This document shows, one piece after another, positions 1 to 12,285 of a stretch of 43,768 bases of DNA (positions are counted from its first letter, which is position 1; every line of letters starts with the position of its first letter). The notes under the pieces were generated by a model. That model searched no databases, was not told where the DNA came from, and was given only the letters and a program-made list of their open reading frames with translations. The position numbers were made by a program, and so were the translations under genes. Origin of the DNA: Octopus bimaculoides (lineage: Eukaryota); the NCBI RefSeq assembly GCF_001194135.2, contig NC_068982.1:166519839-166563606 (forward strand), written 5' to 3'.

Positions 1-99
1 TGATTTGGTTTTTGTGGTCTATGTTGTACTTCTTATATGTGGTCATTGGTGGGCTACGGCTTTTCGAGTCGATGACCTAACGGTTTTATTCTGCAATTA

Positions 100-103
<4 letters not shown>

Positions 104-134
<31 letters not shown>
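104..134. repeat. (TA)n microsatellite
   Basis: Seen directly. Confidence 0.95.
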
Positions 135-136
<2 letters not shown>

Positions 137-299
137 AAGGTTGTCCCCTTGTCGAATATGTATGACCATCACTGATGAGTAGAAAATATTTCTTGTAATT
201 CATTGATGAATGAATAAATAGTGTATCAATTGGTAGAAGCATCCAGCCATGTATGTGAGGCCACTGACTGTTACTAAGTATTCTGTGGCAAACAAATAC

Positions 300-885
300 T
301 AATCTGCCTCTTCTCAGAATCCAACTCACCTCTACCTGACAAGTTCAAAGCTTTTGATCTGCCATCATTAATGACAGCACATGAAAAGCAGGTCAAATCT
401 GATTGTAGAGGTGGTGGAATAAAGGTGAGATGTATGATGTGTACAGGAGGGAGGATGGAGGAAAGCCTCAACCAGGCTATGGGTAGGATACAAAGACACA
501 AAGACAGTGATGTAGTAGGTGCAGTAGGCATATTGTTAGCAGGCAACATTTACCTGTACATATGCACCACAATCAAAGTTAGAAGAGGAATAGAAGTGCT
601 ATTTTTATGAAATCTTCCATCCAATGAGCTCAAAAACAAACAGTGACCTCATTATCATAGTGGGTGCTTTTAATGGACATGCTGGATAACTTTGATGGTT
701 TTTCTACTTTACATAGAGGGTACAGATATGGTACAAGGAATGGGGAGAGATCAAGGCTCCTAAAGTTCTGTGATGCAAATGAACTAACCATTTGCAACAC
801 TAACTTTAGGAAACTGATTAGTTACCAAATCACCTGCCAATCAGGTGAACATGTCAGATAGACTTTATACTTACCAGAAAATGAT
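300..885 (+). mobile_element. Decayed RTE-type LINE fragment, apurinic-type endonuclease region
   Basis: Broken frames read MKSRSNLIVEVV..CVQEGGWR, GAVGILLA and GYRYGTRNGERSRLLKFCDANELTICNTNFRK, typical of an RTE/BovB-like APE domain. Boundaries approximate. Confidence 0.8.
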
Positions 886-894
886 TGTGAGCAT

Positions 895-895
<1 letters not shown>

Positions 896-931
<36 letters not shown>

Positions 932-969
932 CAGACAGAGAGAGAGAGACAGGCAAACAGACAGAGAGA
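896..969. repeat. (TG)n-(GA)n compound microsatellite
   Basis: Seen directly. Confidence 0.95.
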
Positions 970-2315
970 GATTTGTAATATATATTTTTGTACTAATGAT
1001 ATATATGTAAAGAATACTTTTGGCCTTTATTTATAACTTAGATGTTCATATTTATTATGATATGTTTGACTTGCATTATACATACACACATATTTTTACA
1101 TGCAGAGTTTGAAAAAAATGTGGATAATTTATTGCACATGAATATTTTCTTAAATAAGAAACTAATAGAAATCACTAAATTAAAGTATAAATAATAAACT
1201 GTGACTGGTGATGCTTAAAAAATACATCACAAATGCATAAAGAAACACAAAATACACAGCGACAGGTGGAGAGATATTTAATAATGGTAAAGAAAAGAAA
1301 AAGAACAAATTACATGAAAATATTAGCATGGTTGACTGAAAACAATGTGTTGCTAGATAAGATTTGTAACAACACATGCATTCAACACTTAATGACAATA
1401 AAATACCAGACATAAATGGGAAGACAATTTTCAAGCAGAAAAATGGGAATAAATAAATAAATAAATAAATAAATGATCAAGCTATTTCTTTCTCTATTAA
1501 ATTTAATCACTCTGTGATGAAAGTTGCATTATGATTATTAAACATGTTAACCAAATTATGTTTATTACATTAAGTGTAACTAGGTCAATAATCAAATTTC
1601 ATTGAATTTGAACAAACAAATAGTTTATTTATTGTATTAAATTACAATCAATCAAAAGTCAATACTTTACTTTTTCCAGAGGTGATTATAAGTCAAATAT
1701 AACCAAACTGGTTTACATATAAAAATAAAAGTGTATTGTTTTATGTAACCTTACTACAAGGGTTTTGCTGTTATCCATTCATTTATAGAACTACAATTCT
1801 ACCTTTTTGTTTATATATACATATATCTAAGAATATGTTGCAGGAAATACACCATCATATTAAATTGCATCAGTGAATAATTATATATCAACCTGAACAA
1901 AATGGTCTCAGGCAAAAAAAGATATATTTACAAAGATGGATTTGGAAGCAAGGCCGGGTGTGGAATACAAAAGTGACTACACCAAGTTGACAACATTGCT
2001 TTAAGGGAGTGAAATGGAAAGATGTGATCTATGCAGGAACTTTACAAGAACATAAAACTCACCTGCTTGCCATCGACAGAAATCCAGTTTGCAGTATCAT
2101 CTGTCAATAGCCATAGCAAGTATTTGTAATAATTAATATATTGCTGCAGTATCTAGACATATTATTTATTTTTTTTTTTTCATGATTTTATGTAATTCTA
2201 AGAATACATATGGACAAACTTTCACTATAATCAGAATAAAGTAAGTTTCAGAAAATATATAGTACAGTGAACAATGATACACAGCCTAGTAACTGGTGCA
2301 CCTGTTAAATTTACA

Positions 2316-2318
<3 letters not shown>

Positions 2319-2350
<32 letters not shown>
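2319..2350. repeat. (TA)n microsatellite
   Basis: Seen directly. Confidence 0.95.
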
Positions 2351-2356
<6 letters not shown>

Positions 2357-2895
2357 TCAAAATTTTTGACATGATTACTTGCAAATTTTTAGTATAGCTT
2401 TACATGCATCTTCAGTTTTTTTCTTATTTACGTACATGTGATACATGTGTGTATGCTATATGTATGTAAATAAGAAAATACATATATGCGTGTATAACCT
2501 ATATTCTATTGTCAATAATATAGTCAATAGTTCTATATAGTTCTATAGTCAATGATTCCATAGTCAATAACTAATGACTAGATGTCTTTATATTGGCAAA
2601 GTGAATATGAATAAATTTTGATATATTTAAAGTTTCATAAGATTAATGATAACAGAGAATGTTATACATGTTCATACATATGCATGTGTGTGTGAGTGAG
2701 TGTATGTGAACTGGCAGCATCTCTTGAAGATGTACATAAAAAGGAAAATTATTCAAATTAGTCATGTTTTTAATATGTGCACACATACACACAGAGTAAG
2801 AAGAGTCAGTTAAATGAAATTTAAAAGATGAATTTAGCAAAATGAATTCAGACATCAAATTGGACAATGTTACTAAGATAGAAGATCTGGATTAC

Positions 2896-2994
2896 CTTCA
2901 CAGTCTCAAACCATTTTGGTCGGTCTTCGTGATAATAAATACAGGAACAGTACCTTGACATCATCTCACCACCAGCACCGCCACTTATCACATT
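2896..2994 (-). CDS. DOCK1: DOCK-A exon n (99 nt), DHR-1: NVISGGAGGEMMSRYCSCIYYHEDRPKWFETVK
   Basis: Acceptor ctttcaataaag, donor gtaatc. Matches [32 protein letters not shown]. Confidence 0.94.
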
Positions 2995-3179
2995 CTTTAT
3001 TGAAAGGTAAAGAAAAACATTAAGCAGGAGTATACATTGACTCAACAATCTTTATGTAATTAAACATAGACAGTTTTGTAATTTGTAGCATATCTCAGTT
3101 AGTGAGAGAAAGAATTTTGTTGTTGTTTCATAGAAAAAAAATGGTCTATCTGTTAATAAATGATAAAACAAAAGTTTGT

Positions 3180-4135
3180 TCATCCACATACTATACATAA
3201 TTTCCAGCATCCTAGAAACTATGACACTTCAAGTCAGTTGACTGGTAAAAACCCTATTAGTTAGCATAACTAACTATTCCTGGCTGTGTAAATGTTTCAT
3301 TTAACTCTTCAGATACAGTTAAGAGGACTGAAACCATCCTTTCCGGCACATCTCTTCACATATTCTACACAGCCAAAACTCATACCCAACCCTGCTGTGC
3401 TGCAACAATTTGGGTAAAGAATATGGCCTACAAAGCTTGAAGAAAATAATCCACTCTAACCTATTAGAGAAGTTTTACTGACTGTTGCAATTTCTGCAAA
3501 GCCATCATCCACAGCATAAATGATGCCTACATGTGTAACAAAGCCTGAAAGTTTCCCCATCTCTGAAACTGCATCCCATCTTTCTGGTCCCTTGCTAAAA
3601 ATGATTTTTTACAACTATGTGGAATTGTCTTTCTTTCCACTTCTCAACAATGATGGCTCTGACAACAGCATTCTGCAGAGAAAGTAGCCACATTTGCTGG
3701 TTCCTTTGGGTCCAGCTCCACATTGCACACATTAAGTAAAGTTTCTTCCTCCAAAATGATTCCTCTCCATTGCATCCAGCACACCACAATATGCACATCC
3801 ACACCAAATGTGAACGTGGTTCACACCACCAACCCAGAGTATTTCTTCCATAACCTTCAGTACAGCCCAAAACTAGTCCCTACTCTCACCAAATTTTTCA
3901 ATCTCTCACTCTCTACAGGGATCTACCTTGATCTTTTGAAAGACACAACAATATGCCATAGTTTCAAGAAGGCCAACTCCTCTGATCCTGCTATACACCT
4001 ATGCCTCATCATTTCTAACATTCCAACTGTGATGGAAATAGTCATGAACAACCATCTTCTCCACCACCTTGAATTTCTCTCCCTTCTTAATGATAACTCT
4101 TATGGCTTCTGTCTACCACCAACAGTGTTATTTTA
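3180..4135 (+). mobile_element. Decayed CR1/L2/Jockey-group LINE fragment, start of RT
   Basis: PKLVPTLTKFFNLSLSTGIY..KKANSSDP..NNHLLHHLEFLSLLNDNSYGF resembles RT domains 0-2 (SLSTGxFP..W..KKGDxSDPxNYRP..LLSDxQYGF). Many stops; boundaries approximate. Confidence 0.75.
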
Positions 4136-4204
4136 TGCAATACAGTAGAATTATCAACAGACTACTTCAACCTGATCAGGCCAAACAGGATAAACATTAC
4201 AAAC

Positions 4205-4329
4205 CTCAAGTATCCCTCCTTTTTGATTGCAAACTTGGATCGTCACCTCAACATTTTTCTCTGATGTCTTAGAGCCTTTGTTAAATTCGCCTTGCATTAA
4301 TGTAATGTAAATTTCATTCCGAACATCAC
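4205..4329 (-). CDS. DOCK1: DOCK-A exon m (125 nt), start of DHR-1/C2: DVRNEIYITLMQGEFNKGSKTSEKNVEVTIQVCNQKGGILE
   Basis: Acceptor ttttttcccccccag, donor gtttgt. Matches [30 protein letters not shown]. Confidence 0.95.
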
Positions 4330-6244
4330 CTGGGGGGGAAAAAAAGCATGCATGTTTATTTCAAGCAGAGCTTACATAACATATATTTAGAATATTATTA
4401 TTTCTGAAATTCTGAGGTAGGACATTTGTTGTTTCTGGAATCAATATCTTTTTAAATGACAACCTAATTAGTACCATGTCTCATAATAGAATATAGCAAT
4501 ATCTAAATGAATATATATCCTTTCAAATTTAAGGCACAGCTCAACCAATCACAGAAACAAGGTTTGCAAATGAAAGAATTATGCCAAAGAAAAACAAGTT
4601 TCCTGGAAGAGAATAGTAAACAGGGTCGATAATAATCCTGGTTCTCATCTAATAACAATTTTCTTGCTCAGCAGCATTGGTAGAATCAAACATTAAACGA
4701 AATGGTTAGAAGTGGGAGATGGGGGCAAACTATTTAGTCAGAAAATCTGGATGAATCAAAAAGTAAAATAATTCTTGAGATCAATAAAATATTTATGGCA
4801 TGAAACAAAATGAAACCAAAACTTAGTTCAAATAATCAACTCAGCAAATGAAATGTCTAATTTTATAACCACTGTTCAGGCTGTAGATTTAATCATAATA
4901 ATAATTAGGATGAATAAAGAAATTACTTGATCATTCTTTTTTCAGGATACACCACATAAACAAAATAAAATGGAAAGTAGAAACTCCAAGTATTTATAAA
5001 GTATTTGAGACAGATACTTATGAAGTAAAAGTAATTTACTATAATTCACTTAAGACTTCTTAAATTAAATATAAAATAAATCATCATCATTTAATGTCTG
5101 CTTTCCATGTTGGCGAATTTATTACAAAAACAACAAAAAACTGAAGATTAGCACTGCAAAACAAACATATTCTTCCATCAAGTAATGAAGTCTAAAACAG
5201 ACAGAACATCATACTGACAGAAAAAGAGACAGAGTATGACAAAATGAATTGTTTCTAAAGCTAAAGATATATTTACAATAACACTACATAATAAAAAGGA
5301 ACAAAGAGAAATATACAACTGTATTTCATATCTAGCGTTTGACAACAAAATACTTTGAAAGAAACAATAATTGACACACAAATAGAGAAGTTGACACCAA
5401 AAGCAGAAATAAACATAAATACTAAGCACACTGTGAAACCTTACCTATATCTTCACTGGTCCAAATGTTTGGAAGGTATAGAGTGCTATGAATTAACATT
5501 AGAAACAAAAAGGAAGTGACTACATGGAGCATTGTCTATAACCTGAATATAAATGATATAATATACAACATAATAACCCAAACATAAATTAGGATAAATT
5601 ATGAAATAAGAAAGATTTGATGTTTTTGTTTTGTCAGCGATGGTTATTCCATTACTATTTTATGCAAATAGCACTCCATAACATTCGATTGTTTCAGTAT
5701 TAGTTGGTTTCAATGCTTTTACTCAGATATAGGATTATTCATTGAGTTTGTATCAGTAAGCAACAGTAGCACATATATAATTGTTTTGTTAGGTAACATT
5801 TGTTCATTCAAGTCCTCCTTTTGGCCTTGAGAAACTATAAGGGAGCTGCTCCAAGACTCAGCCTCAGACCAGAGTTCTCAACTTTTCAATCAGCTCTAGC
5901 AGAGGATCTGTACTATTTCTGAAAATGTGCAGATATAATAATTTGTATGTGACAGTCTATTCCTTATTAACACACAATACAAGTAAAGAATAATCCTTCT
6001 TGCCATCTGAGAGACAACAATGATAAAATAACCAGATAATACTAACTTTATATTAAATATATTTTGTTGCAAGTCATAGATACAAAAATAGTTTCAGAAT
6101 CCTTTAGAACAAAGTATTAACTTTTCACAAAGGTATTATGAATGCTTGGGTTTCCTTTAAAATTTTCTTTGTTAGCTATCTCCTCAGAAATGCTTATTTT
6201 GTGTTCCTTTATGTCTGGTAACTTAATTCAAGAAACGGAGAAAT

Positions 6245-6356
6245 ATAATAAGCACCAGACTAAAATAAGTACTTAGATCAATATGATTGAATCATTGAAG
6301 ACAATGCCCCAACATGGCCACAGTCCAATAACTGAAATCAATAAAAGAATAAAAGC
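6245..6356 (+). mobile_element. SINE type A, 3' part
   Basis: ccccaacatggccacagtccaataactgaaatcaataaaagaataaaag matches the tail of the 8640-9000 copy. Confidence 0.7.
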
Positions 6357-8639
6357 ATGTATACATATGAGTGTGCAAACAAATTAAAGAAAGTAGCACT
6401 CAAAATAATTGGAAGGAGTTTCTAACAACAGTTTGACTTAGCTCCCATCACAAAGTTTGAACATGTAGGTCTTGTATGTCTCATTAGATGCTTAGAGTAA
6501 AATATTAACTAGAAAGCCTCTTAAAAATAAACTATAGAAATGAAATAAATTAAGAAATAAATGAAGATATTACTAGCTGTAGGCAAATGATTCTTCATGC
6601 ATCATTTAGAATCAATTTTTACACTTCCTTACACATAAAAACATAAGTAAGTACTAATTACAAAAATTAAGAAAGTAAAAACAAAAAAAAAGGACAAGAA
6701 AAGGTCATTACATAGATTTCATTAAAAAAACTAAATAAACTTGTCTTTTCTATGATACTTAACAGTAAAGACTACAATGGACTAAAAGCAACCCAAGTTA
6801 AACTAAGTGATGTATTAAGTCTAAGACCCATAACTTGAGTCCAAGAAAATCAATATTCAATCAAAAAATATTTGGTTTTTATATTTAGCTTCTGCACAAG
6901 AGTAAACTAGTCTGGAATTTAAAGGTAAAATGTAACATAATGATACAGTTGGTTAGCATTTTAATATGCAACTGAGTCTTTACATGAAATCATTTGAGTG
7001 AACCAGTAATGTTATGTTAATATTCCTTGTGTAACAAATAATCCTGTAGCTCTGTAATTTCCCTTAATGGACAGTTAGGACAAGGGAAATAATCATTTCT
7101 TCTTGATATTTGGTGGGATTAGTGATTTGAATTTGAAATTAAGGAAGAAGGTAAAAGATGCACAGATTATATATGTTTAATTTTCTTTTTTTATTGCTTA
7201 CTTATAACAAAGTCTTAAAATTCCTAGTCTTAGGTAGTCATGTATAGCATGATTTCATTCTTTTAAAAAAAAGATCTCTTACTTGAAAAACAGGTAATGG
7301 CTAGTGACTGGAAGGGCCGCTATTTGTAAAAATAATGTCTTAATAAGTATCTGTCCAAACAATACTAACATGTAAAAACGGAGATAAAATGAACAGAAAA
7401 TTGGCTGAGAAACAAGACAATATCTGTATAGGTTCCACTGTTGTAGCATATAAAGAAAACATGTATGTAACTTGGCAACTATGTTCACCCTAGTGTCACA
7501 CATTGCACCTGTGTTCATATTAACAAAGGCCGTATTAACATGCTTCTCTTGAATAGATTTACAGGTAATGCATTTTGTGTGTGCATTTTATTATTAACAC
7601 TTAGTCTTCTCTGATTGAGCAGATCTAGGATCAGAGACATTTAAACTGTGATCAGCTCATATTTTTGCAAGGCATACTGTATGCAGAACTACTTTATCCA
7701 ACAACTCTTCTTTTTTTAAGACAGTAGAGTGTGATATATTTGTAGCAGGTTAAATAACCATGCAGAAATTCTTTTATTAAATCATGCGTGGTTTGTAACA
7801 CTCACTGCTAAAAACAAAACGTAATGTAAAATGAGGAGTGTAGAAACAAGTGATTTTAAACTGTTTGTACAGTCACTGTTCTGTTAGAGTGAATGACAAG
7901 CAGGTGCAGTAGGTGTAAAGAGAGCAAGGCTACCTATACTGCATGTTAGTTAAGTATCATCATTGAAATATCAATACTTCCAAGCAGAAATTGGTTAGCT
8001 GGTACTGTCATAAGCAGGTTACCAACTGTTCTGGTTATTTGTAATCTCTTCAGTGAGGACCAGAATCCTTGGATATGACTCCATTGTTTTCTCATATTCT
8101 TTTCCATTGACAGTGCATGCACTTTATCACCTATAACTAATTATTTCATTGACAATATTTGTCCATCTTTTGTCACAACTTTGAAATTCATATCTTCAAT
8201 TTCATGGAAAAGTCAGAGATGTTTAGTAATTTGTAAGAGTTTCATAAATACATGTATTCTTCCTAGAACCATTAGTTTGTTCTCAATTTGAAATGATAGA
8301 CTGTAAGTAACTGGAGTAAAATCACACACACACACAATTCACTCATTTAATATTTTGAAGATAATCTAAGTGAGAACAAATCTTAGCTCAGCAGTCTCGG
8401 TCAATTGGTAAAGTTGAAACATAAGATAAATCTCTATTTTATAGGCTATTATTCAGATTTTAAATTTTGACAAAACAGAATTCATTAAAATTTTTACTGA
8501 AATAATAATTAGGAATTTATGTAAAAGCAGAAATTAATTAATTAATGTGTGTATGTATACACACATACTTGCATTTATTTATTTTTATAAGTAACATTGC
8601 TACATACATGTTTGCTAAGCATTAAATCATATTTTTACA

Positions 8640-9000
8640 TTCAAAACACTCAACCACATGGTTCCAGGTTTCAGTCCCACTGTGTAATACCTTGGGCAAG
8701 TGTCTTCTACTATAGCCTCAAACCAACCAAAGCCGTGTGAGTGGATTTGGTAGATAGAAACTGAAAGAAGCTCAATGTATGTGTGCATGTCTTTGTCTCC
8801 CCACCTCCATATGCTTGACAACAGGTGTTTGTGTGTTTATGCTCTTATAGCTTAGTAGTTTGGCAAAAGAAACCAATAGAATAAGTACCAGGCTGAAAAA
8901 AAAAAGTACTGGGGTCGATTCATTTGACTAAAAATTCTTCAAAGTAGTGCCCCAGCTTGGCCACAATCTAGTGACTGAAACAAGTAAAAGATAAAAGATA
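8640..9000 (+). mobile_element. SINE type A, near full length (tRNA-derived head, conserved body, (TAAAAGA)n tail)
   Basis: Head caaccacatggttccaggtttcagtccc, body ttgggcaagtgtcttctactatagcc..gtgagtggatttggtagatagaaactgaaagaagc, tail ccagcttggccacaatctagtgactgaaacaagtaaaagataaaaga. Pieces recur at 9960, 12945, 15125, 20935 and 22770. Confidence 0.85.
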
Positions 9001-9376
9001 TATGATCATTCTTTGTCCAGTTAACTTTACCATATAAGCATGGATTGGATGGGTCCCACACACACACACACATGACAATATTCAAGTTAGTATCAGGAAT
9101 ATGTAACAAAAGGATGTTTTGGTTGGACAGCTTGATTAAAAAACCTTACCAGTTTGGGAAAATTTGATTGATGACAAAAAATAAATAAATAAATAACAAT
9201 TCTAAACATTAGACATAATATTCTACAAAGAACATGCTAAGACCAGAATAGTTAATTAAGACAACAAAGGAGGCAAGAACGAAGTCATGCTGTGAGCATA
9301 TAAATGATGACACTTGAGCTATTTCACTGCAGTGGCAGCAACAACATAAAAAAACAATTGGTAGATCGCCACTTAC

Positions 9377-9382
9377 CTTCTA
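9377..9382 (-). CDS. DOCK1: Candidate alternative microexon TAGAAG (6 nt; 3-nt AAG form via the tandem acceptor), adding VE or E to ..IMP^GDVRN..
   Basis: Minus strand reads ttaactga-t(n)-tgcttctgttctgttctgttctctgtag|TAGAAG|gtaagtg. Both forms are frame-preserving and stop-free in this phase-1 intron. No transcript evidence available. Confidence 0.6.
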
Positions 9383-9500
9383 CTACAGAGAACAGAACAG
9401 AACAGAAGCAAAAAAAAAAAAATCAGTTAAGATGCAACATGGAATTAATGAGGTGAGAAATGAAAGAAGTTTGCATGCATGTAGGTGCATGGTATTCATA

Positions 9501-9542
<42 letters not shown>

Positions 9543-9574
9543 GGAGAGAGAGAGGGAGAGAGAGAGAGAGAGAG
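9501..9574. repeat. (TG)n-(GA)n compound microsatellite, read as a CU/CA tract upstream of the candidate microexon
   Basis: Seen directly. Confidence 0.95.
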
Positions 9575-9959
9575 AATGTGAAATGGAAATGAAAAAGGGC
9601 AGTTTTGTAGATAACAAAGAAAAGGAACACAATCAATAAACATAAACCTTGTAAAGCTATATTGTATTTAGTGGAGAAACCTCAACCTTCCAACATAAAT
9701 GACAACTTGACTGCAGATTTCCAATTAATTAGTGAACTCGACTACCAACATTAAAAAAAAAAGTTTAGATATAATGAATGGGCTACCAATTCATGGAATC
9801 TGATTTAACATTTAGTTTTTAACCCACTTGACACAATTAGAAATAAGAAAATTGATTATATTCTTAAAAAGGTAAGATTACCAAATTACTTTTTAAAATG
9901 TAAATACTTGACAATAATATACAAAGTTTCATAACATTAGTGTAAAAAATTTTAACATA

Positions 9960-10022
9960 TCAAGGCAGTGCTCCAGCAAGGCCACAGTCAAATGACTGAA
10001 ACAAGTAAAAGAATAAAAGAAT
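9960..10022 (+). mobile_element. SINE type A tail fragment
   Basis: gcagtgctccagcaaggccacagtcaaatgactgaaacaagtaaaagaataaaaga. Confidence 0.75.
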
Positions 10023-10389
10023 AATCTTTTTCTTTTTGTTATGTTCTTTGAAAGCAGAACCACAATTCAGTTATCCTGTATGTTTCAGGTGTTTATTGTT
10101 ATTAATAATTCTAAACAATTAATTAAAGGTGATAATCACCTTTCTTATACAAATATCACCACATAATATTCTTTGAACAAAATACAAAGCTCTAGTTCAT
10201 TCCATTACCACTTAAAGATAGGTTCTACTCTCATTTTATATTTTAGTGGTTGGCAACAGGAAAAGCAGAAAGTTATATCACATATTGCATCACTTTATGC
10301 AAATGTTTTCTTAAATTCATTCAACTATTACTACAAGAGAATTAAGTAACAAGGACAGATGTGTAAAGAAGTGCCGATCTCTAACTGTA

Positions 10390-10965
10390 GAGGGAACCTG
10401 TGGCAGAGGTAAATCTAGGAAGACATGGGACAAGGTGGTGAAGCAGGATCTTCAAACTTTGGGCCTCACAGAGGCAATGACCAGTGACCAAGACCTTTGG
10501 TAATACGCTGTACCTGAGAAGACCCATCAAGCCAAGTGAAATCATAGTTGTGGCTGATGCTGATCTCACGTAACTCACATGTAAAGAGCACCTTTCAAGC
10601 GTTGGGCCTCATGGAAGCAATGTGGCTGATGCCAATGGCACATGTAAAAAGCACCTTTCGAGTATTGGGTCCCACAGAAGTATTGACAAATGACCAAGAC
10701 CTTTGGCATTATGAGAAGACCCATCAAACTAAGCAAAATTGTAGTTGTGGCAGATACCAGTGTCAGGCAACTGGCACATAAAAGCACTCATTACACTCTC
10801 GGAGTGGTTGGTGTTAGAAAAGGCATCCAGCTGTGAAAAACATACCAAATCAGACTGGAGTCTAGTGTAGCACCTCAGCTTGCCAGACCTGATCAACCTG
10901 TCCAATCCATGCCAGCATGGACAACGGACATTAAATAATGATGATGATGATGATGATAATGATGA
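10390..10965 (+). mobile_element. RTE-type LINE 3' end with internal duplications and (GAT)n tail
   Basis: ORF end (EGTCGRGKSRKTW..LGLTEAMTSDQDLW..EKTHQAK*) is partly repeated three times. It is followed by the ggagtggttgg..ggcatccagc motif, the ccatgccagcatgg stem-loop and (GAT)n. Confidence 0.85.
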
Positions 10966-12285
10966 ACACAACCCTCCACTCTACAAAGTATAAAACACAA
11001 CTTTAGTCTCTTTCTCATTTTGAACAGACATATGGATGACAGAATTAAATTGGCAACTTTACCATGACAAATGGTTCTGTGGAATAACAAATTCCTTAAC
11101 CTAAATTGTTAAAGTTGCAAACTATTGTTTCTAACTCATACATCAATTTTAAGATACACTAAAACTAAAATTGGAGTTAAATTAACTCTATAAATTAACA
11201 ATACATCCTAGGAAGATTAATAAAATTTGTTATAACTAAAAATGTCACCCATTTAAGAGCAGTGAAAATTCCTATGTTAATTTCTTCAAGACAATCATTG
11301 TCTTTAAGGGTGTGCACATGCATTAAAAAGACATTCAGAACAATGATATTTTTGGTAATTTAAAAAATTTTTCATTAAAGTTTTAGTTAAGTTAGTGCTA
11401 ATATATTTAATACAGGGAGTGTTAAAAAGATAATGCTTTGCTGATGAGGCCACACAAAGACAGAAATATATTTGATGTTGTCTTCTTTACTTTACAAAAT
11501 GATAAAAATATATGTCACTGACTTACAAAGTTTCCTCCTACCCCATATAGCCCTAGTTAGTTTTTAATACTCCTGCATTGAATATGTTAACATAACTATT
11601 GTTTTTTATGTAAATTGTAAATGACTTCTCTGAATAATTTATTCTCTATATATTTCGAGCCTTGATCAAAACACCTTATAAGGCTATTATATATTATAGA
11701 AAGGACAACGCCCAGAGCTACTTTAAACTCTTTAAAACTGATGAAACAGAACACATAAATAAATTGGTGTGGTTAGTGAGGTTAATTTGCAGTGTATATT
11801 GCTGAAGATTAGTAATTAGGAGAAATATAGATAAAGAATAAATACAAGATAGAAGAATTAATGTTTAGTATTGGGGTCTGAGGAGTAAGATACAATAGAG
11901 CTGACAGGAGGAGTACAGGTAATTGTGCTGGGTGTTTTATACAGTACTGGCATTGAAATGTTGAGTTCAGATGAACAAAAGCTTTCTAAACTAGTGAAAG
12001 AAGAGACAGAAGGTAAACAAAGCTTGGTGACAGGTAGAGTGGTTGGAAAGTCAGTGAGTATAAACATTCCCTTTGATGTAATATAGAATGAGTAAATACA
12101 TGTGAGCATGATCCTAAATGAACAAGCATTATTGTACTGCAGAATTCATTTTGGTGAGACAGCTGCATTATTGCAGGTGAACCTCAACACGTGGTTGCAT
12201 TATGTCAAACATGCAAATAGTGTTATAGTATGGACTATGTCTGAGGGGATAGTTGCTCTATCCTAAATGTGTGGAAAGTATAGGG

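Noticed and set aside
54-329. Remaining short ORFs in the six-frame track, including microsatellite-derived YIYI/HTHT/LSLS/DDDD peptides
   Set aside because: Chance ORFs in AT-rich intron, simple repeats, or antisense frames of TE fragments.
1-2890. Next DHR-1 exon (VAIP..HLRFTFxHRS)
   Set aside because: Only a weak FFKHHQS look-alike near 1200-1225 without splice sites; the exon is presumably beyond the left edge.
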